The notes beneath the pieces are model-generated. The model had not been told where the DNA came from. It searched no databases and was given only the letters and a program-made list of their open reading frames with translations. A stretch of DNA of 64,000 nucleotides from an uncultured Spartobacteria bacterium (GTDB lineage Bacteria > Verrucomicrobiota > Verrucomicrobiia > Chthoniobacterales > UBA6821): assembly GCA_903826635.1 (NCBI GenBank), contig CAIKFI010000030.1, positions 4,414 to 68,413 of the forward strand. The letters run 5' to 3'. Positions 28,752 to 37,965 of the stretch are shown piece after piece. Numbering within the stretch: the first letter of the stretch is position 1; each line of letters starts with the position of its first letter. The translations under genes and the position numbers were made by a program.

Positions 28752-28862
28752 AGGCAGAAGAATTTACCGCTGACCCTCCGGAAAGTCGAGAGGCCGTCGC
28801 AGAAGATTACGCCCGGGGATCATCCGGTGCATCCCCCTCGAGATCCCGGGTTGTTCCGGGGA

Positions 28863-29624
28863 TTACCCTCCCTTGGAATCCTGACGCACCAACCTGAGGG
28901 CCTCCTCGACGGTGGTCATGAATTGAGCCGGGAAGATGATGGTGGAGTTCTTCTCGGTGGCGATCTCCGCCATGGTCTGCAGGGTTCGCAACTGGAGCGC
29001 CACGGGATGGGCCGAGATCACGTCCGCAGCCTCTCCGAGCTTGGTGGCCGCCTGGTATTCACCCTCGGCGGCGACGATTTTGGCCCGGCGTTCACGCTCG
29101 GCCTCCGCCTCCTTGGCCATGGCCCGCTGCATATTCTCCGGCAGGGTGATGTCCTTGATCTCGACCGCGGTCACGCAGGTGCCCCATGGCTCGGTATGGG
29201 TGTCGATGACCGTCTTGATTTGCTCGTTGATATTCGCGGTCTCGGCAAGAAGTTGGTCGAGCGAGAACCGGCCCACGACATTCCTCACCGTTGTCTGGCT
29301 GATCTGATTGATTGCATCATAGACCCGCTCGATCCCGATCACGGCCTTCTCCGGGTCCGAGATCTGATAATAGGCAACGGCGGCGATATCGATGGAGACA
29401 TTGTCCTTGGTGATGATCTTCTGCGACGGGATCTGCATCGTCACCGTCCGCAGGGAGACGCTCGTCATCGTCTGAAAGGGGGTGAAGATCATCGTGATAC
29501 CCGCCTGGCGGACCCCGGAAAATTTGCCAAGGGTGAAGACCACTCCCCGCTCGTATTGCATCAAGATGCGAATCGAGGTCAGTAGATAAATGAGAACAAG
29601 GATCAGCGGGAGGAGAACGACCAT
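28863..29624 (-). CDS. SPFH/band-7 (stomatin-like, slipin) membrane protein
   Basis: N-terminal TM then [12 protein letters not shown]...; a coiled Ala/Glu-rich region [17 protein letters not shown]. Confidence 0.85.
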   Translation of the reverse strand: MVVLLPLILVLIYLLTSIRILMQYERGVVFTLGKFSGVRQAGITMIFTPFQTMTSVSLRTVTMQIPSQKIITKDNVSIDIAAVAYYQISDPEKAVIGIERVYDAINQISQTTVRNVVGRFSLDQLLAETANINEQIKTVIDTHTEPWGTCVTAVEIKDITLPENMQRAMAKEAEAERERRAKIVAAEGEYQAATKLGEAADVISAHPVALQLRTLQTMAEIATEKNSTIIFPAQFMTTVEEALRLVRQDSKGG

Positions 29625-29706
29625 GGTTTTAAGCTAGTCTTTTTGGTTTGGGTGTCGGGTGAACGAACAAGAAAGCAGCACTGCGTCAAAAGCGCTAAAA
29701 CCAAAC

Positions 29707-29997
29707 TTATTCTTCGCCGAAACGGGTGGTAATCAGCTGTTCCAACTCCGTCAGCACCGACTCGGCATCCTCCCCCTCGGCGATGACCCGGAGAACCGAT
29801 CCCTTGCCGGCGGCAAGCATCATGAGTCCCATGATACTCTTTCCGTTGACGCGCTCTCCATCCTTCTCGACCCAGACCTCGGCTCGGAAGCGGCTGGAAG
29901 TTTTCACGAAGAGAGCGGCCGGACGGGCATGGAGTCCGTTGCGGTTCTCGATGGTGAGGTCCTTGATGACCGCGGATGTTTCGCTTGAGTTGCTCAT
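29707..29997 (-). CDS. ptsH: Phosphocarrier protein HPr
   Basis: 96 aa. His-15 motif NGLHARPA and Ser-46 motif GKSIMGLM are both present. 4-nt overlap with hprK. Confidence 0.85.
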   Translation of the reverse strand: MSNSSETSAVIKDLTIENRNGLHARPAALFVKTSSRFRAEVWVEKDGERVNGKSIMGLMMLAAGKGSVLRVIAEGEDAESVLTELEQLITTRFGEE

Positions 29998-30980
29998 TTC
30001 TTTTTACGTTCCTGTGTGGGTGTCATGGCGCGTAGCAGGCGTTCGTTGAACTCGCGCGCGGTATCGTGGCCCATCGCCTTGAGTTTTTGGTCGAGGGCCG
30101 CAACTTCGATGAGGCGGGCGAGATCGCGTCCTGGTCTAACGGGAATGGTCACGTGTGGAATGGAGATGCCAAGGATCTCGTAAGTATCCCTGTCAAGGCC
30201 GATCCTATCAATGTCCTCGACCTCTTGCCAGTCCTTTAGTGTGACAATGAGGTCCAACTGTTTCTCGGGACGCACCGATCCGGCGCCGAAGACGGCCGCC
30301 ACGTTGATGATGCCGATACCGCGCACCTCCATGTGAAAGCGTGTCAGCTCCTTGCTGTTGCCGATCAACTCCCGTCCCTCCAGATTGCGAAAGCGCGTGA
30401 TATCGTCACTGACAAGGCTGTAGCCGCGCTCGATGAGCCCTAGGACACACTCGCTTTTGCCGATGCCACTGCTCCCGCGGATCAGGACCCCGATCCCCAT
30501 GATGTCGACCATGCTGCCGTGCTCGGAGGCAACAGGGGCGAACTCATCCTCCAGGGCGATGGTCGCGGAATTGATGAACTTCATAGTGACCAGCGGCGTG
30601 CGGAAGACGGGGATCTCTCTCTTTGCGGCAAGCTCCAGGATGCCGGTCGGCAGCGGGAGACCCCGGGCAATGACCAGGCAGGGAATGGTCTGCTCGAAGA
30701 GGGTCTCGAGTCTGGCCGACCGCTCGGCGGCGCTCAGGCTCCGAAGATAGCTGAGTTCCGCATGGCCCGCGACCTGGACACGCTTGGAGGCGAAGTAACG
30801 GAAAAACCCAGCCAGCGCGAGGCCGGGCCGGTTGATGGTCGGCTCCTCGATGATGGCCTCCATGCCGGAGGAGTCGCCCATGAGTTCCAGACCGAGGGCC
30901 GTACCATGGTTGGTAAAGAATGTCCCGACGGTAAGGGCCTTGGCCTTCTGGGTGGAGGAAGTCTTGGCTTTTGGCGACAT
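29994..30980 (-). CDS. hprK: HPr kinase/phosphorylase
   Basis: 328 aa. Walker A GSSGIGKSE and the signature LVSDD...EVRGIGI. Confidence 0.9.
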   Translation of the reverse strand: MSPKAKTSSTQKAKALTVGTFFTNHGTALGLELMGDSSGMEAIIEEPTINRPGLALAGFFRYFASKRVQVAGHAELSYLRSLSAAERSARLETLFEQTIPCLVIARGLPLPTGILELAAKREIPVFRTPLVTMKFINSATIALEDEFAPVASEHGSMVDIMGIGVLIRGSSGIGKSECVLGLIERGYSLVSDDITRFRNLEGRELIGNSKELTRFHMEVRGIGIINVAAVFGAGSVRPEKQLDLIVTLKDWQEVEDIDRIGLDRDTYEILGISIPHVTIPVRPGRDLARLIEVAALDQKLKAMGHDTAREFNERLLRAMTPTQERKKK

Positions 30981-31003
30981 GGGTGGAGGGTCCTGATTCA
31001 GGC

Positions 31004-31888
31004 CTACATGGCAAATGATTCGCCTAGGTAGAGCTTGCGGCTGATCGGGTCGTGCAGGAGGAAGTCCTTGTCGCCCTGGCTCTCGACCCGGCCCTCGAAA
31101 ATGAGGTAGGCGCGGTCGGTGATGGCGAGGGTCTCGCGGACGTTGTGGTCAGTGATGATGATGGCGAGCCCCATGTCCCGAAGGTCGGAGATGATCTGCT
31201 GGACGTCGTAGACGGCGATCGGATCGACTCCGCTGAACGGCTCGTCGAGCATGAGCATCTTGGGGTTCGTTACCAGCGAGCGGGCGATGGTGAGGCGTCG
31301 CTTCTCTCCACCCGAAAGGGTGAGCGACTCGTTCTTGGCGAGGTGCGCAATACCAAACCGTTCGAGCAGTTCGTCGCAGCGTTCGTTCCGCTCCTTCTTG
31401 TTGAGGGAGGTCGTCTCCAGGATCGCCATGATATTCTGACGGACGGTGAGCTTGCGAAAGATCGACTCCTCCTGGGGGAGATACCCCATGCCGAGGCGGG
31501 CCCTCTTATACATCGGCTGGTGGGTGACATCCTTGCCGTGGAAGAAGGTCCGGCCCCCATCGGGTCGCACCAGTCCGACGATCATGTAGAAGGTGGTGGT
31601 CTTTCCCGCGCCGTTCGGCCCGAGCAATCCGACGATCTCGCCCTTGCGGACATTGATATCGACGCCGTTCACGACCGAGCGGCCATTGTAAATCTTGACC
31701 AGCTTGTCGGTCCTCAGGATCGGTTCGTCACGGCGAGGTTCCTCCTGCGGAGTGCTGTTTAGCGTCCCATCGTTTTGAGGAACCTCATCCTTTGGATCGG
31801 GAATCGCTCCGACCGGGTCGGTGCTGAATTGAAACTCGCCGTTGGTGCTCATTGCAAGAATCGGGTCAGGGGGTGATGGCCTTTTCAC
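31004..31888 (-). CDS. lptB: LPS export ABC transporter ATP-binding protein
   Basis: GPNGAGKTT, LSGGEKRRL, LMLDEP and the C-terminal LptB-type tail. It has an unusually long N-terminal extension; an alternative start is ATG 31852. Confidence 0.85.
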   Translation of the reverse strand: MKRPSPPDPILAMSTNGEFQFSTDPVGAIPDPKDEVPQNDGTLNSTPQEEPRRDEPILRTDKLVKIYNGRSVVNGVDINVRKGEIVGLLGPNGAGKTTTFYMIVGLVRPDGGRTFFHGKDVTHQPMYKRARLGMGYLPQEESIFRKLTVRQNIMAILETTSLNKKERNERCDELLERFGIAHLAKNESLTLSGGEKRRLTIARSLVTNPKMLMLDEPFSGVDPIAVYDVQQIISDLRDMGLAIIITDHNVRETLAITDRAYLIFEGRVESQGDKDFLLHDPISRKLYLGESFAM

Positions 31889-32483
31889 CCTGATCGACGA
31901 TCATGGTCCTGCTCGCTCCGATGGTGCGGGAGCGTCCCTTGGCATTGAGGATCATGACGGTGCCTTTATCCGTGGCGACCTGGTTGTTGATGCCCTGCTG
32001 GATCTGGGGCCATTCTTCAAGACGCACATCGCCGGAGGCTGGGTCGTAGGTCGCCTTGCCGCACTTTCCGACCGATTTCACAAGGTCCCCACGGTCGTTC
32101 TTTTTCTCCTGGGTGATGACCACGTTCCCACTCGCGATGACTTGTGCCAGGCCCTTGCGATCAGGACGCAGAACGACATGGAGCGTGCCGGCAGTGAGTT
32201 CGAACTGGGGATCGTGGACGACCACATGGCCGGTGAAGTCGGCCGTGTTGTTGGTGCTGTCAAAGGTGGCTCCATCGTCACTCTCGATGACGGTGCGCGC
32301 GTTTTTCGGACGTTGATCGGATCCGGCCATCATGCCGTTCATGAGGGAGCTGCCCCCACCTCCAGCCACAGGTCCAGCAGTGGGACCGGGATCCTGCGCA
32401 TATTGCGCCACGAGGGAGCCGGTCTGGAACGAGAGGCCCAGGACGATGGAGAGGAGTGGCTTGATGAAAATCCGGAGCTTCAT
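31866..32483 (-). CDS. lptA: LPS transport periplasmic protein LptA (OstA-like)
   Basis: Signal peptide, OstA_N-like beta-jellyroll pattern (FTGHVVVHDPQFELTAGTLHV...ASGNVVITQ) and position between lptC-like and lptB. Confidence 0.7.
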   Translation of the reverse strand: MKLRIFIKPLLSIVLGLSFQTGSLVAQYAQDPGPTAGPVAGGGGSSLMNGMMAGSDQRPKNARTVIESDDGATFDSTNNTADFTGHVVVHDPQFELTAGTLHVVLRPDRKGLAQVIASGNVVITQEKKNDRGDLVKSVGKCGKATYDPASGDVRLEEWPQIQQGINNQVATDKGTVMILNAKGRSRTIGASRTMIVDQGEKAITP

Positions 32484-33028
32484 GGGAGAATCGGCGAGTT
32501 ATCGTTCCGGAAGGAGGCCCGGACATGTCCCTTGAAGATGCCCTTACGGGCGACGGTGTCAAACTCAGCCGTCTGGCCGGTTATCTCAAAATCCTCGCGG
32601 GTGATCACGGTTTCGGAATCGGCGATCAGCTTCTTGCTCTCCAGATCAAGCATACTGTGGGGGATCTCCACCACGATCTCTTTCTGTTCCTTGTCATTGA
32701 AGAGCACCTTGAGTTTGGTGAGTTCGACCTGGCGTTCGTCCAGCTTTTGGGCGACATCAGCGGTCAGGCTCATGGTGAGGTTTCCCTTCTCGTCGTATTG
32801 CGGGATTTTGATCCCCTTGACGGGCTCCCCCACGGGAACAGGGAGGTCGATCTTGGAGGCGTTATTGGACGTGCTGGTGGACGAACTATCGGCGGCGACC
32901 ATAGCATTCGTCATCGTCTTTGTTTTTGTGTTCGGAGCAGGATCGTCCGGTGACGCCATGACCCATCCCGCCATCAGCAAGGGAGTCAGCACCAGCAGCC
33001 AGGTTCTCTTGAAATCAGTCAAGCGCAC
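32480..33028 (-). CDS. LptC-like membrane-anchored protein
   Basis: N-terminal anchor (WLLVLTPLLMAGWVMA) followed by a beta-rich domain. Position between kdsA and lptA. The start is uncertain (GTG 33028, TTG 33022 or ATG 32974). The track ORF to 33250 is antisense-frame overlap with kdsA. Confidence 0.5.
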   Translation of the reverse strand: MRLTDFKRTWLLVLTPLLMAGWVMASPDDPAPNTKTKTMTNAMVAADSSSTSTSNNASKIDLPVPVGEPVKGIKIPQYDEKGNLTMSLTADVAQKLDERQVELTKLKVLFNDKEQKEIVVEIPHSMLDLESKKLIADSETVITREDFEITGQTAEFDTVARKGIFKGHVRASFRNDNSPILP

Positions 33029-33890
33029 GGCGGATGGAGAGGAGAGACTTGAGTGTCCCGGGAAGCTTGTTATGTGGGATCTGGTTGGGGCCGTCGGAGG
33101 GAGCCTTGGCCGGATTCTCATGGGTCTCGAGAAAGATGCCATCGACACCCGCCGCCATCGCAGCCCTTGCCAAGACGGGGGCGAGGTGGCCGTCGCCAGT
33201 CGTGTGCCCGCCGCCACCGCCCGGACGCTGGACCGAGTGGGTGGCATCAAAGATCACGGGGAAGCCCTGCTCCCGGATCCAGTAGAGTGAGCGCATGTCG
33301 GCCACCAGATTATTATAACCGAAGGTGGTTCCGCGCTCCGTGAAGCAGAAGGATTCACAGCCGGATGCACGGAGCTTGCCGGCAATGGGAGCAAGGTCCC
33401 AAGGGGCGAGAAACTGGCCTTTTTTGACATTCACGGCCCGTCCGGTTCGTGCCGCCGCCTCGATAAGGTCGGTCTGCCGGCATAGGAAGGCAGGGATCTG
33501 AAGAAGGTCGATGAACTCCGAGGCGATCTCCGCCTCCTGCGGGGAGTGAATATCGGTCGTCACAGGGACTCCAATGGAGGCTCCCGCCTCGGCAAGCATT
33601 CTGCAACCATCGAGAACCCCGATGCCACGGTAGGAGGAGCCCGACGTCCTGTTCGCCTTGTCATAGGAGGCCTTGAAGACAAATTGGACACCGAGATCGG
33701 AGCAGATCGACTTGATGGTCCGCGCCGCCTTCAGGAGGGGTTTTGCACCCTCGATCACGCAGGGCCCGAGAATGAAAAGAGGCTCTTTCCCACCCAGCGT
33801 GACGGAACCGATCCTGAGCACTCCGGATGTTTTTGCAGGTTTTGCGGCGCGCTTGGCTCGGGACGATACGGTTGTTTTCTTGGATGGCAT
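33015..33890 (-). CDS. kdsA: 3-deoxy-8-phosphooctulonate (KDO-8-P) synthase
   Basis: VFKASYDKANRTS, LQIPAFLCRQTDL and FDATHSVQ motifs. Confidence 0.9.
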   Translation of the reverse strand: MPSKKTTVSSRAKRAAKPAKTSGVLRIGSVTLGGKEPLFILGPCVIEGAKPLLKAARTIKSICSDLGVQFVFKASYDKANRTSGSSYRGIGVLDGCRMLAEAGASIGVPVTTDIHSPQEAEIASEFIDLLQIPAFLCRQTDLIEAAARTGRAVNVKKGQFLAPWDLAPIAGKLRASGCESFCFTERGTTFGYNNLVADMRSLYWIREQGFPVIFDATHSVQRPGGGGGHTTGDGHLAPVLARAAMAAGVDGIFLETHENPAKAPSDGPNQIPHNKLPGTLKSLLSIRRALD

Positions 33891-34053
33891 CGAAGGCTTA
33901 TCCTATGCCTTACAGGGCAATCCGGTCACGAGGATTGTGCTCCTCGGTCATTCTCTTGGGCATTGATTTGAAGGATCCCTTCCGTCAGCATCCGCCAATC
34001 TCAGAGATACGATTCGACACCATCCGCCACGACACCATCCCACATCCGACACT

Positions 34054-34620
34054 ATGGCCACCTCATCCGCAGATTTTTCAGACACCATGCCCGCCGGCAC
34101 CAAGGCACCCGCCTTCGCCCTGCCGGATGTCACCTCGGGGACAACCCTTTCTCTTGCCGAACTTGCCGGACCCAAGGGAACGTTGATCGTCTTTCTCTGC
34201 GGACACTGCCCCTATGTGGTCCATGTTCGCGAACTCCTCAAGAGTCTCTCCGAAGAGTATTCCACGAAGGGTATCTCCACCGTCGGGGTCAGCTCCAATG
34301 ATGCGGTGGCCTACCCCGCGGATGCACCCGACAAGCTCCGGGAGATGGCTCTCTCCTCAGGCTTCGCCTTCCCCGTCCTTTATGACGAGTCGCAGGATGT
34401 GGCCCGCGCCTACACGGCGGTCTGCACGCCGGATTTCTTCCTCTTTGATGCGGATCACGCCCTTGCTTACCGGGGCCGGCTCGATGCGAGCAGTCCCAAA
34501 AACGGGCAACCCCTCACCGGGGATGATCTGCGCAAGGCGCTGGAAGCCGTGGCCTCGGGACTGCCCGTGAGCGAGCCGTGGCCTCCCGCCCTTGGCTGCA
34601 GTATCAAGTGGAAGGCCTGA
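34054..34620 (+). CDS. Thioredoxin-fold (AhpC/TSA-like) protein with a CxxC motif
   Basis: APAFALPDV...LIVFLCGHCPYV...TPDFFLFD pattern. Confidence 0.7.
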   Translation: MATSSADFSDTMPAGTKAPAFALPDVTSGTTLSLAELAGPKGTLIVFLCGHCPYVVHVRELLKSLSEEYSTKGISTVGVSSNDAVAYPADAPDKLREMALSSGFAFPVLYDESQDVARAYTAVCTPDFFLFDADHALAYRGRLDASSPKNGQPLTGDDLRKALEAVASGLPVSEPWPPALGCSIKWKA

Positions 34621-34653
34621 TCGGACGCTACCCCGTCCTAGCCTCTCGGGGTC

Positions 34654-35556
34654 TCAATTGCGATCCGCCCAAGCGATCACCCGCTGGGCATCATCAAAGA
34701 CAACGGGGGCGTGGCTGCCCAACTGGACCAGGATTAATTCCCGGCCTCCACGGCTGTAACTGCTGATCAGGCACTTGCCAGCCGCCTCGGTGTAGCCGGT
34801 CTTCATGCCGTTGAAGAAGGGTGATCGTTCGAGCAACTTGTTGGTGGGCGCCAGGTTGCAAAGCCTGCCATTCGCATATCGGAAACAATAAGAGCGAAGG
34901 GCCATGGCCTCGCGCAGGTCGGCATTGTGATACGCCCGGAAGGCGATCCGGGCCATGTCCCGTGCTGTCGAATGCTGTTGAGCAGGGAGTCCGTGCGGAT
35001 TCACGAAGTGCGAACAGGTCGCTCCGCAGCGCATGGCGAGGCGGTTCATCTCACCGGAGAACTCCTCAAGGCTCCCCGAGTGGGCTCGGGCGAGGGCGGC
35101 CGCACAATCATTGGCGCTATGAACAAGCATGGCACTCAGGAGCTGACGCCGCGTGTAGCTCTCACCGGCCCGGATGCCGACCTTGGTCGGTTCGACAGAG
35201 GTGTCGGGACGGGAGACCTTGACGGGCTCGTCGAGCGGATCCTGCTCGGCCACAATGAGAGCGGTGACCAGCTTCTGCGTGCTGGCGACCTGGCGCGGTT
35301 CATCCGCATTCTTTTGATAAAGCGTCTCGCCCGTGCGTGCATCAATCAGGATTGCCGAGGCGGCCTTGATGGAGGGCGCGGGGATGGCTCCGGATGTCCC
35401 CGACGGCCAGAGAGTGGCCGGCTTGGGGGGAGCGATCTCGGACGGGGCTCCAGCGGATGCTAGCGACAGGCTTGTCATCGGTGCCGGATCCGTCGCGCAT
35501 CCACTCAAAAAGAGCGCCATGGCAACAAATACTGCAAAATCTTTTTTGGGCATCAT
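34654..35556 (-). CDS. D-alanyl-D-alanine carboxypeptidase (S11, PBP5/6-like), copy 1
   Basis: Lipoprotein-like signal (FLSGC), SxxK (ASTQKL), SxN (SANDCA) and KTG (KTGYT) motifs. Confidence 0.8.
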   Translation of the reverse strand: MMPKKDFAVFVAMALFLSGCATDPAPMTSLSLASAGAPSEIAPPKPATLWPSGTSGAIPAPSIKAASAILIDARTGETLYQKNADEPRQVASTQKLVTALIVAEQDPLDEPVKVSRPDTSVEPTKVGIRAGESYTRRQLLSAMLVHSANDCAAALARAHSGSLEEFSGEMNRLAMRCGATCSHFVNPHGLPAQQHSTARDMARIAFRAYHNADLREAMALRSYCFRYANGRLCNLAPTNKLLERSPFFNGMKTGYTEAAGKCLISSYSRGGRELILVQLGSHAPVVFDDAQRVIAWADRN

Positions 35557-35675
35557 CTTTGGGTATCTGCAAATCGCGCAAGGGCAAGGGAAACTCCCGT
35601 GAAAATATGCCGCACGGATCGTTCGGGGCTTGACCTCTTGTCCGCCACGGCACGAACTGCTGGACTATACGCCCC

Positions 35676-36377
35676 ATGGACCGCACTCCTGAAATTCCAG
35701 CCCCGCATTCCAGCCGAGCGCTCCGGCCAAGACTTGTCTTCGCACTCGGTTTTCTTGCAATTGTTGTGATCGCGGCCTCCTTTCTGCTGGATGAAACGGT
35801 GAACCGCCTCCTCCTGGCCTCCACCCAAGGGCATTGGAATCACAGCCCCCTGGTCGCGCTCTGCAGTCAATATGGTGATTGGCCGGAATTGATGGTTCTG
35901 GGCCTTCTGGGATGCGGCGTAGCCCGCCTGCTGGGCAATGTCCGTTGGCAGCGGATTCTCCTTTCAGCCATGATCGCCTCCACCCTCACGGGCATGGCCG
36001 TGAACACCGTGCGTCTCACCTCCGGGAGGACGCGCCCCCGGGCGATGGCGGAACAAGGGTGGTATGGACCCAGGCACGGTGAACGCTGGTTGATCGGCGA
36101 GGCGGATTTCAACAGCTTCCCCTCGGGTCATACCGGAACGGCGGTCGGATTCGCGGCCGTCCTGCTTTTTTCCGCTCCTCCCTGGGGGATCCCGGCCATG
36201 TTGGCCGCGCTTGCGATTGCCATCTCACGAATCCTGCTGGGTGCCCATCACCCCTCGGATGTCGTCACCGCTGCAACCTTGGGACTGGTGATTGCCTGGA
36301 TCGTATGGCGTTTTGTCGAGCGGAGGCGATCGCAGAGTGAGGGGATCACTGATCGCCGAACACCATCAGGGACCTGA
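35676..36377 (+). CDS. PAP2-family membrane phosphatase
   Basis: KxxxxxxRP-like region, PSGHT and SRILLGAHHPSD motifs. Its 3' end overlaps the apt 3' end by 32 nt (convergent genes). Confidence 0.8.
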   Translation: MDRTPEIPAPHSSRALRPRLVFALGFLAIVVIAASFLLDETVNRLLLASTQGHWNHSPLVALCSQYGDWPELMVLGLLGCGVARLLGNVRWQRILLSAMIASTLTGMAVNTVRLTSGRTRPRAMAEQGWYGPRHGERWLIGEADFNSFPSGHTGTAVGFAAVLLFSAPPWGIPAMLAALAIAISRILLGAHHPSDVVTAATLGLVIAWIVWRFVERRRSQSEGITDRRTPSGT

Positions 36378-36876
36378 CCTCGCAAGGGGCAAGGTGGGCT
36401 CGTCCACCCAAATCAGGCAATTCCACGACAAAGAGCGCTAGGAGCACCTTGGCACCAACCTGAGCGAGCAGTTTGAGGACGGCTCCCGCCGTCCCGCCGG
36501 TGGCCAGAAGATCGTCCACAACGATGACCTGCTCACCGGGACGGATGCTATCGGTGTGGATTTCCAATTCCGCCGATCCATACTCCAGGTCGTAGGAATG
36601 TGAGAGGGTGAGGGAGGGAAGTTTTCCCTTCTTGCGGACCGGAACAAACCCGAGCCCCAGCTTGTAGGCGAGGGCGGCTCCGAAGATGAATCCGCGAGCG
36701 TCAACGCCCACGATCTTGGAGGGTTGATGGGGAGTGCACTCCCGTGCGAGCAAGTCGATCGTCTCGTGAAAGAGTGCGGCATCCTCAAGGAGTGGCGAGA
36801 TATCGCGGAAGAGGATCCCGGGCTTGGGAAAGTCCGGGATAGTGCGGATGGTGAGTGCCAGCTTTGCCACCGACAT
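36346..36876 (-). CDS. apt: Adenine phosphoribosyltransferase
   Basis: Start is trimmed to MSVAKL.. IPDFPKPGILFRDISPLL and the PRPP loop VIVVDDLLATGGTA. Confidence 0.9.
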   Translation of the reverse strand: MSVAKLALTIRTIPDFPKPGILFRDISPLLEDAALFHETIDLLARECTPHQPSKIVGVDARGFIFGAALAYKLGLGFVPVRKKGKLPSLTLSHSYDLEYGSAELEIHTDSIRPGEQVIVVDDLLATGGTAGAVLKLLAQVGAKVLLALFVVELPDLGGRAHLAPCEVRSLMVFGDQ

Positions 36877-36878
36877 CC

Positions 36879-37964
36879 TCAGTCTCCGAAGCTCGTGCCA
36901 ACGGCTCGTGCCGTCTGGACAAGCTGGCAGGAAGGAGCGACCTTTTTCAGCCTGTGGACCGCATCGGCGATCGGCACGTCGCAAACATCGTAATTCTGAT
37001 AGCTGACCATGGTGCCGAACTTTTCCTGACGGACCAGCTCCACGGCCTTGACTCCGAAGCGGATGCCGAGGATGCGGTCGAGCGTGGTGGGGTCGCCGCC
37101 TCGCTGCAGATGTCCCAGCACGCAGACTCGGGTCTCTTTACCCGTGCGTGCCTCGATCTCCTGACCGAGCATCTCTCCTATGCCGCCGAGACGCCACTCC
37201 CCGCTCGCGGATTGTTTGCGGAACTGCTGACCATGCTGCGTGCGCGCACCCTCGGCCACCACGATCATGGTGCTCTTGAATCCCGCTTCATCGCGGCGCT
37301 TCACCTCCTCGGCAACTTTTTCAAGAGAGAACGGGATCTCCGGAATCAGGATGATGTCCGCGGCGCCGGCGATACCTCCCCAGAGCGCGATCCATCCTGC
37401 ATGCCGTCCCATGACCTGCAGGATGATCACCCGCTTGTGACTGGCCGCCGTGGTATGGAGGCGGTCGAGCGCATCAGTCACGCAGGCCACCGCAGAGTCG
37501 AAGCCGAACGTCATCGCCGTGGCCTCCAGATCGTTGTCGATGGTTTTTGGGACGCCGATCATCGGGAATCCCGCACGGTAGAGCTGCAAGGCGGTGCTCA
37601 TCGAGCCATCCCCTCCGATGGCGATGATGGCGGAGAGATCCAGCTCCCGGCAGGTCTTAGCCGCCTTGGAGATGACCTCCTCGGGAAGCGAAGCCTTTTC
37701 GCCCGGCCCCACTTTGGAGGTGAAGTGCCCCTTGTTGGTGGTGCCGAGAATCGTGCCCCCGACCTGCATGATGCCGGACGTGTTCGTCCGGTTGAGCACC
37801 ATGTAATCCCCCCCGTCGGCGAGCATCCCCTCGTAGCCGTCGCGGAAACCGAGGACCTCCCATCCTAGCTCCTCCGAGGAACAAAAAATCGCTCTTAGCA
37901 CGGCATTGAGTCCGGGACAGTCTCCTCCACTGGTCAGAACACCAAGACGTTTTTTTGACATCAT
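36879..37964 (-). CDS. 6-phosphofructokinase, second paralogue (Gly104/Lys124-type signature)
   Basis: Start at MMSKKRLGVLTSGGDCPGLN. GGDGS, PKTIDND and MGRHAG motifs. Phosphoryl donor (ATP versus PPi) is not decidable from sequence. Confidence 0.85.
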   Translation of the reverse strand: MMSKKRLGVLTSGGDCPGLNAVLRAIFCSSEELGWEVLGFRDGYEGMLADGGDYMVLNRTNTSGIMQVGGTILGTTNKGHFTSKVGPGEKASLPEEVISKAAKTCRELDLSAIIAIGGDGSMSTALQLYRAGFPMIGVPKTIDNDLEATAMTFGFDSAVACVTDALDRLHTTAASHKRVIILQVMGRHAGWIALWGGIAGAADIILIPEIPFSLEKVAEEVKRRDEAGFKSTMIVVAEGARTQHGQQFRKQSASGEWRLGGIGEMLGQEIEARTGKETRVCVLGHLQRGGDPTTLDRILGIRFGVKAVELVRQEKFGTMVSYQNYDVCDVPIADAVHRLKKVAPSCQLVQTARAVGTSFGD

Positions 37965-37965
37965 C

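Noticed and set aside
28752-28862. SRP (4.5S/ffs) RNA in the 111-nt spacer upstream of dnaX
   Set aside because: ffs often precedes dnaX, and the spacer is GC-rich and hairpin-prone (CCCGGGAUC...GAUCCCCGGG; UCGAGGGG/CCUCUCGA). But the conserved domain IV sequence (GGUCCGGAAGGAAGCAGCC-like, with a central GNRA loop) is not present in register on either strand. The only CCGGA(A/G)G matches lie off-centre. An Rfam scan would settle it.
27777-29585. 602-aa plus-strand ORF
   Set aside because: It is antisense to dnaX and the SPFH gene, both of which have unmistakable motifs. The long open antisense frame is a high-GC artefact. The same reasoning applies to these ORFs:
- 16404-17267
- 20589-21545
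- 31842-33290
- 36855-37868
- 38032-38838
- 39297-40458
- 41548-42531
- 50700-51347
- 53020-53895
- 61090-61617
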